Positions 1 to 9,516 of a DNA stretch of 64,000 nucleotides are shown here, one piece after another. Source of the DNA: Alphaproteobacteria bacterium (GTDB taxonomy: Bacteria > Pseudomonadota > Alphaproteobacteria > UBA7879 > UBA5542). Positions within the stretch are counted from its first letter, which is position 1, and each line of letters opens with the position of its first letter. A program made the position numbers and the translations under genes. The notes below the pieces were generated by a model, which saw only the letters and a list, made by a program, of their open reading frames with translations, was not told where the DNA came from and made no database searches. The stretch is taken from the NCBI GenBank assembly GCA_046317875.1, contig JBKCVN010000025.1, positions 15,879-79,878 of the forward strand, read 5' to 3'.

Positions 1-944
1 GCTTTAAAGGGTTAGAGAATGATGGTCTGCGTAAGAAGCTTTGTGTCTGTGTTTTAGAGCCTGATTTTTATTTGAAGGCTCAGGCGTTGGGAACATTAAA
101 ACGAGCACGCCTTGTGAGTTTATGTCAGGGGTATGCTCCAGAAATAGCTGCTCAAGGAAAGTTCATCCAACGTTCCAGGTCTGCTTCACCCGATAGGGAA
201 AAAATTAATTTGAAAAAGCGCACTGTTGTGCGGCTTGACCCTCCTTCTAGGGGTCGCTCTCCCTCTCCTGTTCCCTTAACGCGTGGTAGGTCCCCTTCTC
301 CTGAGCCTGTTGTGCAGGTGGATCGTACACCTTGGGTTCGATCAGATACTCCTCCTGCGCCGGGGGCAACTTCCGTAAGAACATCTCGGTCTCCTAGTCC
401 GCAAAGAATGACTCATGCCGGGGGAGGGGCAAACTCGTCGCATGTATCTGATATGACTGCAGACCCAGTGCCTGAAGAGATTAAAGTAACCAGTACGATG
501 TCTTCTCTTGCAAAAGGTTTAAGCGAAATCAAAGAAGAGATGCAGAGGAAACTCTTGGCTAAAGAGAAACGAAAAGATCTTGAATCCCAAATAAAGAAGG
601 TTCAGAAAGACATAGATGAAGCAAAAGAGAATTATGATAACTTGCTTGTTATTATCAGTGTTCTTAAAAAAGATCTACCTGATGCCGAATTTGGTTTCAA
701 TAGACAGCCATTTAAGAGCCAGGGGCATTTTCAAAAATTCCAGAAAGAACACTCTGGTTTAGAAGGGGAGGAATATTTCGTGAAACTTTTTGATTATTTG
801 AAACCCTATGCTCGTAACTTATCTCCACACGATTGGGCTCAAATACAGGCAGCTGAAAATCTTTTAAAACAAGCACGCTTGCATTTATCCCAAGGCCAAA
901 CTCAGCTGGCTCGGCTTAATACAGAAATGTTAAGGCTAAACTGA
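1..944 (+). CDS. Hypothetical protein, 5' end outside window; Arg/Ser/Pro-rich RSPSP repeats followed by a coiled-coil-like region; candidate host-directed effector
   Basis: The frame of the 72..944 ORF stays open back to nt 3 (FKGLENDGLRKKLCVCVLEPDFYL...), so the gene is cut by the window edge. It contains RSRSASP, SRGRSPSPVP, TRGRSPSPEP and TSRSPSPQR. A Lys/Glu-rich heptad-like stretch follows (EIKEEMQRKLLAKEKRKDLESQIKKVQKDIDEAKENYDNLL). No family recognised. A hairpin follows the stop. Confidence 0.55.
   Translation, partial: FKGLENDGLRKKLCVCVLEPDFYLKAQALGTLKRARLVSLCQGYAPEIAAQGKFIQRSRSASPDREKINLKKRTVVRLDPPSRGRSPSPVPLTRGRSPSPEPVVQVDRTPWVRSDTPPAPGATSVRTSRSPSPQRMTHAGGGANSSHVSDMTADPVPEEIKVTSTMSSLAKGLSEIKEEMQRKLLAKEKRKDLESQIKKVQKDIDEAKENYDNLLVIISVLKKDLPDAEFGFNRQPFKSQGHFQKFQKEHSGLEGEEYFVKLFDYLKPYARNLSPHDWAQIQAAENLLKQARLHLSQGQTQLARLNTEMLRLN
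249..308 (+). repeat. Imperfect tandem duplication encoding RGRSPSPVPLT / RGRSPSPEP
   Basis: agg ggt cgc tct ccc tct cct gtt ccc ... cgt ggt agg tcc cct tct cct gag cct: two adjacent copies of the same peptide unit with synonymous and near-synonymous differences. Confidence 0.6.
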
Positions 945-971
945 TAAAGTAGGCCATAAGTTGGTAATAAA

Positions 972-992
972 AAGCAGGCATTATGCCTGCTT
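972..992. terminator. Hairpin between convergent genes (9-bp stem aagcaggca / tgcctgctt, 3-nt loop), T-rich 3' flank
   Basis: Direct reading: aagcaggca-tta-tgcctgctt followed by cttt. It lies 28 nt after the stop at 944. Confidence 0.5.
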
Positions 993-1022
993 CTTTATAA
1001 TATCTTTGTGGGCACAAAGGCT

Positions 1023-1763
1023 TTAATTTTTTATTACCCTCATAAACTTATATAAATTATTACTGAATAAAGTATGCGGATCCCATTTTTCTTTGATGCG
1101 TAACCATTCATGAAGATTAGGGTAAATCTTCAAAAGTTGGTCTTTCGAAAAATGAAGGCGGTAGGGCAAATAGAATGTACCCTTCAGGCCAAGGGTTTGA
1201 TTAATAAGATCTTGGGTAAATCGTTTCATTTTTTCTTCTTCTGTTATTCCTAAGGGTTAGGACAACAGCAAAACAAAAGCAAACATATCTTGGGGTGCAT
1301 AAGGCAAAAGGGAAATAGAATCTTTTTTGACTTGGCGCATGGTGATGTTCAATAAATTAACTTTATTCTTTTAAATGGATTTTTTTAGAATCCTGATAAA
1401 TTTGGATGTATGGGGCGGTGGTATAAAGTACTCTTGCAAAATATCCGTTCTTTCTTGGTCTAGGGGCCACAGGGTGTGGATATCTGTGGTCATGGCCATA
1501 TTTCGTGAAATAGCGGGGCGTGAGGTTGAATAAAGGGAATAAAGTTTTTCTGCCATCCACCGAATAGTTTTGCCCAAAGGAATATATTGGGATAGTCGAA
1601 AGATGCCTCGCTTCCATGCTACCAAAGATTCTTTCAAAGTATTGTGCGGTTGAACTTGAGAATTACATTTTTCATACCAAAACAAGCCTGCTTCCTCTAT
1701 GGCTGACAGGGTGTTTCCTGGAAACAATAGTTTTATGTGCAATATATCTGGGGAAGTGAGCAT
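1023..1763 (-). pseudogene. Remnants of an FAD-linked oxidoreductase-like gene (two ORF fragments, 1371..1763 and 1023..1229, separated by stops)
   Basis: The C-terminal fragment ...YLPYRLHFSKDQLLKIYPNLHEWLRIKEKWDPHTLFSNNLY resembles the conserved C-terminal tail of FAD-linked (ALO/GULO-type) oxidases (YP..w..lR.k.DP...F.N.y). The upstream fragment carries ...ILQEYFIP.... No N-terminal FAD-binding domain is present and the frames are interrupted. Family assignment is by memory of motifs only. Confidence 0.3.
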
Positions 1764-1982
1764 GATAGGCGGGGGTGTAGAATGGCTCGATCATCAAATA
1801 TGCGACCATTAAAAAAAATCATGAAAATCAAAAATATGGCAGGGAATTGTTATTTGTGTGTTCGATTCCAACCTTGGGCCAAAGAAATAAAGTTGTTATA
1901 AGCCTAAGAACCATTCTTGTACGATGCAACCAGAAACAAAAATAAAACAGTAGAGATTTTAAAAAAAGTTTAAAGAAACCCC

Positions 1983-2011
1983 TTGACGTGGGGGTGAAGA
2001 TTCTCTATACA
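1983..2011 (+). promoter_or_regulatory. Candidate sigma70-type promoter of the 23S-5S operon
   Basis: TTGACG (1983-1988), a 17-nt spacer, then TATACA (2006-2011), about 175 nt upstream of the 23S 5' region. A small GC hairpin cccac-ttcg-gtggg follows. Confidence 0.4.
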
Positions 2012-2159
2012 CATGGTTACCCCCACTTCGGTGGGACTGTTGATTGAAATCGTAAACAAAAGAGTAAACACTAAGTTTTTCCAAGTTTTTCTGAAAAGAA
2101 AAATAACGAAACACACGAAACGTATCTCTACATGATTAATTCACATGTAGAAGCGTGAG

Positions 2160-2186
2160 AATACATATCACTGTATATGAAGTCTC

Positions 2187-2194
<8 letters not shown>
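2160..2194 (+). other. 5' arm of the long processing stem bracketing the 23S rRNA
   Basis: aatacatatcactgtatatgaagtctcaataaagc pairs with 4937..4970 (gctttattgatcttcatgtacagtgatctgtatt). That gives ~33 bp with one mismatch, one G-U pair and one bulge, a typical RNase III-type stem. Confidence 0.6.
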
Positions 2195-4936
<2,742 letters not shown>

Positions 4937-4946
<10 letters not shown>

Positions 4947-4970
4947 TCTTCATGTACAGTGATCTGTATT
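4937..4970 (+). other. 3' arm of the 23S processing stem
   Basis: Complementary to 2160..2194 (see that feature). Confidence 0.6.
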
Positions 4971-5082
4971 TTGGGTCTTATTAAAAGTCGTTTTTTAAAA
5001 CACATCCTTAATAAAACTTAAGCTAACGTTTTCCAAGTGTTGCTCTTTTGTTTCCTTTTCAATAAAGGAAGCCCCTAGATAA

Positions 5083-5197
5083 CCTGGTGGTTATAGCGAG
5101 GAATCTACACCCGATCCCATCCCGAACTCGACCGTGAAAGTCCTCTGCGCCAATGATACTACACCTCGACGTGTGGGAAAGTAGGTCGCCGCCAGGT
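5083..5197 (+). rRNA. rrf: 5S ribosomal RNA
   Basis: cctggtggttatagcg...cccgatcccatcccgaactcgaccgtgaaag...gggaaagtaggtcgccgccaggt. It is 115 nt long, the terminal helix cctggtgg/gccaggt is intact, and it lies ~135 nt after the 23S. Confidence 0.9.
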
Positions 5198-5199
5198 TT

Positions 5200-5215
5200 T
5201 CTAGGGGCTTTTTTT
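5200..5215 (+). terminator. rRNA operon terminator / 5S-enclosing stem
   Basis: tctaggggc (5200-5208) pairs with gcccctaga (5071-5079) immediately outside the 5S terminal helix. A T7 run follows (5209-5215). Confidence 0.4.
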
Positions 5216-5735
5216 ATCCCCTACTGAATGCGGTATTATTTATTTGAGGAAATAAATTTTCCTTATGTGTTTTCTTCTCCCTATTTAAACAGTTATGTTT
5301 TTATTTTAGGTACCCAAAAAATTCTATGCCCTAATTCAACAGCAAATAAAAAAGATTTCCACTCTGCAGAATATCTCTGAGTTGTTTATGCTATAAAATG
5401 CTCTATTAACCTTTTCTGAATTTCTTTACTTAACTTGGGGCCGACACTTTTTTATTTTAAGTACTTTGATAGACTAATTTGCATAAAGCTTTTAATAAAT
5501 CATCCTAATCACTTTTCCCCCGGCTGTACTTCTCGCATAAATTCCTTGCCTATTGTACTTCAAAATATGATGTCTAACCCCCTTATCTTTCTAATTAAAA
5601 TGTAGCCTTTCTAGTTCGAGGTGTGTATAAAGAAAAATAATCCCATAAAAATTAAGAACATAAAGGAATGGATACAATAATAAAATCTTTCTTCTAGCTC
5701 CTTTTTTTCTTTCCCTTTAGAAAGCACAAGGCCTG

Positions 5736-6789
5736 TTCTAAAATGAAGTGCAACACCGAAAAGTGTTTTGTGAGAAACAAGACAGAGAACGGAGTTGCAA
5801 GTGAGAAGGTACCGACAAATAAAGAAAGAGGAAAGAACAAAGATGGCAGAGATGAGGCAATCGAAGTCATCAATAACGGAGATAGCTACATCTCTAGGAA
5901 GGTCAAAGTCTACAATTTATCGAGAATTTAGGCGGAATGCCGCACCTCGTGGGCAGTATTGGCCAGATACGGCTGAGAGACTGGCACTAGATCGGCGTCA
6001 AAGGGTTTTCCCGCATTGATCAGGTAAAGCCCCTTAGAGAGTTCATTCTCAATCGCCTCGAATGCGATTATTGGACTCCAGAACAGATCGCTGGATGGCT
6101 TAAATATCGACAATCAAAGCTTCCCTCTGTCAGCCATGAAACTATTTATACGTGGCTCTATAAGCCTCTTCAAAAGAGGGAGAAACTCTGGAAGTTCTTG
6201 CCTCGACATAAGGCCAAACGAGGGCTCCGTAAAAGCCGAGGGGCTGGGATTAACAGAATCCCTAACCGCGTCTCTATTCATGAAAGGCCCAAAGAGATAG
6301 AAACCAAAAAGGTCTTTGGTCATTGGGAGGGAGATCTTATGAGTTTCCTTAAGAACTCTCAACATATCTTGGTGCTCAGAGAGCGCAAAACCATGCTGAC
6401 CAAAAGTATTCCTCTGATGAGCAAACATGCCATCTCCACTGCCAGAGAGCTCATCAAACTTATGGAGATGATCCCGCTTTGTGCCAGAAAGTCTTTAACT
6501 CTTGATAATGGAGGAGAGTTTGCCGAGCACGAAACATGGCTTGAGGCTCTTGGGCTTCCTTCTTTCTTTTGCGATCCCTACGCCTCTTGGCAAAAGGGAG
6601 GTGTTGAAAATACCAATGGAAGACTCAGACGAGATCTTCCCAGAAACTCTAATATCCATGCTATGTCTCAGGAGGACTTCAATGAAACCATAGACAATTA
6701 TAATTCTACCCCTAGAAAATCCCTCAATTGGCTCCCCCCAGCTGAGGCCTTTAACAAAAATCTACGCCGTGTCCCACTTCATTCTTGAA
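5736..6789 (+). mobile_element. IS30-family insertion sequence (~1.05 kb), boundaries approximate
   Basis: Imperfect terminal inverted repeats: left ttctaaaatgaagtgcaacac (from 5736), right gtgtcccacttcattcttgaa (ending 6789). The shared core is AATGAAGTG. They enclose one IS30-type transposase gene. Confidence 0.7.
5795..6788 (+). pseudogene. IS30-family transposase, frame broken once (5795..6019 continues in another frame from 5991 to 6788)
   Basis: N-terminal HTH segment SITEIATSLGRSKSTIYREFRRN. After the shift: GFSRIDQVKPLREFILNRLECDYWTPEQIAGWLKY...SHETIYTWLY. DDE core: GHWEGDLM...LTLDNGGEFAEHE...FFCDPYASWQKGGVENTNGRLRR...STPRKSLNWLPPAEAF. The shift must lie within 5991-6019, near caaagggttttccc. 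Confidence 0.8.
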
Positions 6790-6841
6790 TGTGGCCAACG
6801 ACTTTGGAGGTTGAAGCAGAAAAGACTCCTTTTTCATACTC

Positions 6842-7447
6842 TTGGTCAAGCTATTAGATAGTACCCAGCCGGCAGAAGGCACGACTCTCGATGCCTTGAA
6901 TAAACTTTCAGAACTTAAGAGGGATCTTTCTTCGGAGTGGGCCCTAGATTTGGGGTGTGGGGCTGGGAGAGATACTTTTGAAATTCTTAAAAAGATGAAA
7001 GTAGTGGCGGTAGACCAACAGAAAGAGGGACTCGAGCTCATAAAAAATCATATGGAGAAGGCCCATCATATTTTGGGTGAGAGGCTCCGTCTTGTAGAAG
7101 AAAGTTTTGAACAAATGGCAGAATCAGCTTCTTTTTGGGAACCAGAGAAGTATCTCTTCATAAATGCTTCTTTTTCTCTTCCTTTTTGTTCTCCAAAAAA
7201 TTTTGAGAGATTATGGCAAAATATAAAAAAATCTTTAAGATCGCAAGGTATATTTGCGGGTCAATTCTTTGCGCTGAATCATGGATGGGCCTCCCAGAAA
7301 CAGAAAAGCTTTTTCTCTAAAAAAAATATTCTGGAAAAACTTAAAGGATTTCAAGTAACGATTAAAGAGGAAGAAAAAGACTCAGAAGCTGCCTCTGGGG
7401 AAATGGTTCATTGGCATATTTTCCATGTGGTTGCCCAAAAAGACTAA
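6842..7447 (+). CDS. Class I SAM-dependent methyltransferase
   Basis: Motif I is LDLGCGAGRDTFEIL, followed by VVAVD (motif II-like). Size ~200 aa. Non-ATG start in the ORF track. The gene lies immediately right of the IS, so the N-terminus is uncertain. Confidence 0.55.
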   Translation: MVKLLDSTQPAEGTTLDALNKLSELKRDLSSEWALDLGCGAGRDTFEILKKMKVVAVDQQKEGLELIKNHMEKAHHILGERLRLVEESFEQMAESASFWEPEKYLFINASFSLPFCSPKNFERLWQNIKKSLRSQGIFAGQFFALNHGWASQKQKSFFSKKNILEKLKGFQVTIKEEEKDSEAASGEMVHWHIFHVVAQKD

Positions 7448-7571
7448 TGAGATTGTGGTTATACGAATGCTGATTTTTTTCAAAAACTTGAAATGGAAAA
7501 CATACTTCTCGAATTAGAATAGATCCAGGAAACATATGTTTCTATGTTCTTATAAACAAAAATTCGCAAAA

Positions 7572-8426
7572 TTACCCAATCACATACGTTTGGGGTTTTT
7601 TCTTGAATACAATCGTATGGATGTTCATGTTTTGGCCCGTGGCCAGCGCCATGGTGGTTTGGGATGGGCTAGGTTGGGGCATCGGGGACCCTTGTGGCTG
7701 AGAGGTGGGTTCCTTGTGCCCAAAACGATATTTTAGATGGGCGTTTGCCGAAAATACGGATGGTTTGGCTTCCCACCACACAAATCGGGTGGCGGGGGCC
7801 GGATCATTCCCATGGTAGTCACCCTTTTGTCGGGGATACCATTCGTATTGCAGGGAAAGGCCAGCCGCAATCTTGGGCGAGATTTGCATGTCTAAACCAG
7901 CCCCTGCCATGATGCCGGCCAAATATTTTTTCTGCGCCACGAATCGATCCATATAATAGCTTTTGAAAATCCACTGACTCAAGACACCCCCTGCTTTTAC
8001 AAAAAGATGGTCCCCATCGGCCAATAATCGCCCAACTCGCAGGGCTAGTTCGAAGCTGTGATCCAGAAAAGCACGATGATGTTTTTCATCGGTTTGGTTT
8101 AGGGCTGTACTGACAAAGGATCCCCCCCCACTGTTTAAGTTATGGGTGGCGGCCACGCTGGCCCCCAGGGTCCACAGGCCGGGCTCTGAAATGCGATCCA
8201 TTTCAAAGGACATGCCAAACAAAAAAGCTTGCCCCAACGAGTTGACTTTGTTGCCTAGTCGGACAATCTGTCCTCCTCCGTCAATAATGTCAGTGGTAGA
8301 GTTTGATTCGTTTTTTAGAAATCCCCCCCCCACATGAATCCCCACACTGGTTTGAAAATCTTTTGTAGAATAGCTAGTGCCGATCAAGCAGGATAAAACC
8401 AGTCCCCCCAAAAGCAAAAAGGGCAA
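7572..8426 (-). CDS. Outer-membrane beta-barrel protein (OmpA-like/porin-family barrel) with Pro/Gln/Ser-rich C-terminal extension
   Basis: Hydrophobic N-terminal signal (PFLLLGGLVLSCLIGTSYS). Alternating hydrophobic beta-strand pattern with Gly-rich turns. A canonical barrel-terminal ...NAHLKYRF is followed by 49 further residues. The start codon is uncertain (TTG; an out-of-frame ATG lies just upstream). Confidence 0.5.
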   Translation of the reverse strand: MPFLLLGGLVLSCLIGTSYSTKDFQTSVGIHVGGGFLKNESNSTTDIIDGGGQIVRLGNKVNSLGQAFLFGMSFEMDRISEPGLWTLGASVAATHNLNSGGGSFVSTALNQTDEKHHRAFLDHSFELALRVGRLLADGDHLFVKAGGVLSQWIFKSYYMDRFVAQKKYLAGIMAGAGLDMQISPKIAAGLSLQYEWYPRQKGDYHGNDPAPATRFVWWEAKPSVFSANAHLKYRFGHKEPTSQPQGSPMPQPSPSQTTMALATGQNMNIHTIVFKKKPQTYVIG

Positions 8427-8624
8427 GCAAACCCCAGGATAGGGATGCGCCCCATTTTTTTGAATGTGTGTGGGCCAAGCTATGACTTGATCCTCCCTTG
8501 AATTTATTTATTTTATTATTAATTTAATCATTCATTAAAGATTTTGGCAAACAAAATGATGGCGGATTTTTTTGTGTAAACCTCTTAAAATAATTGAATA
8601 ATATAAATTTTTAGCGGTTTGTGC

Positions 8625-9299
8625 CTATAGTCCGTTTATTTCATCTAGGGTTTCAACCAACGTGTCCCCTGATGCAGCGCCCGCCACTGACCTGGCGCGT
8701 GTTAAGTTTTCTTGTAAGGAAGCCTCGGGGCCCATACTTATGTTCAGGTTGGTGAGTTTGGTGATAAGGGAGCCCTCGTCTGTGCCCACCAGCGTTGTGA
8801 CATTTTGTACTGACTGTGCCAGTGACTCCCCCTCGCCGAGGGAAGTTTTTAGGGCGGTTAATTCGGCTACCACTGATCCCCCTCCCACCCCAATCAGGGC
8901 CTTGGTGGCGTTAATATTTTGCAACAAAGTGTGTGAGGTGCCTAGTGCGCCGGATAGGGTCCCCAAAGCTGTATCCAGGGGCTCACCAAGGGCATCCAGC
9001 GCATCTGCATGATTATAAACGGGCATCAACATGGTCTGCAGATGTTCGATATTCGCCTTAATGTTGCCCTGACGGCCTAATCTACGAAGCAAAGCCTCAG
9101 CATCCCTTAGAACCTGCGCAGGGTTTTCATAAGTAATCCCTAATATCTCGGTGGCCATACGACGAAACAAAGCAGCAGTGGCATTATCCAACACAAATTC
9201 ATGTTGCTGGCGGGGGTTGGCGGCCGCATGGCTGGATTGAAAAGGTCCTTCGATACATATGAATAAAAACATAAATAAAGGAATTATTTTTTTCACCAT
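8625..9299 (-). CDS. Secreted repeat protein, paralog 1 of a 4-gene tandem family (unknown family)
   Basis: Probable start at MVKKIIPLFMFLFICIEGPFQSSHAA (signal peptide). The mature part carries ~17-18-aa units: SLAQSVQNVTTLVGTDEG / SLITKLTNLNISMGPEA / SLQENLTRARSVAGAASGD / TLVETLDEING. Confidence 0.6.
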   Translation of the reverse strand: MVKKIIPLFMFLFICIEGPFQSSHAAANPRQQHEFVLDNATAALFRRMATEILGITYENPAQVLRDAEALLRRLGRQGNIKANIEHLQTMLMPVYNHADALDALGEPLDTALGTLSGALGTSHTLLQNINATKALIGVGGGSVVAELTALKTSLGEGESLAQSVQNVTTLVGTDEGSLITKLTNLNISMGPEASLQENLTRARSVAGAASGDTLVETLDEINGL

Positions 9300-9450
9300 C
9301 AAAGATACCTTTCCTGTTAGAAAACAATAAAAGGTGCCCATCAGAGGTTATAAAAACCCCTTTCCATGAATGCATGGTAAATGTGGTGCGATTTTTTTTG
9401 TTATACCTTTTATTATTTTTTCGATTATAGCCTAGGGCTGGCATGGCGAA

Positions 9451-9482
9451 AAGAAAAAAGAAAACCCATCTTTCGATGGGTT
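9451..9482 (-). terminator. Rho-independent terminator of paralog 2
   Basis: On the minus strand: aacccatc-gaaa-gatgggtt (8-bp stem) followed by ttctttttt. Confidence 0.6.
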
Positions 9483-9516
9483 ATAAGAAAAAGCAGGGTT
9501 TTTATGGATATGGGCT

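Noticed and set aside
334-343. T-loop-like gggttcgatc string; also a general scan of the spacers (23S-5S spacer 4947-5082, 21815-21960, 22435-22666) for tRNA, SRP RNA or tmRNA.
   Set aside because: The string sits inside a coding region with no cloverleaf context. No acceptor/T-arm pairing or conserved SRP/tmRNA motifs were found by eye in the spacers. tRNAscan-SE and Infernal should confirm this.
5991-6019. Programmed ribosomal frameshift in the IS transposase.
   Set aside because: IS30-family transposases are made from a single ORF, unlike IS1 and IS3. No slippery heptamer plus downstream structure is evident, so a mutational or assembly indel is the simpler reading.
5743-6428. ORFs 5743-5931 (+), 5928-6113 (-) and 6114-6428 (-) inside the IS element.
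   Set aside because: They are alternative-frame or antisense to the recognisable IS30 transposase and have no independent support.
7529-7542. Perfect 14-nt palindrome GAAACATATGTTTC between the convergent methyltransferase and OMP genes.
   Set aside because: It could be a zero-loop hairpin or an operator. It has no flanking T-run, occurs only once in the window, and has no associated regulator, which is not enough to call it a terminator or binding site.
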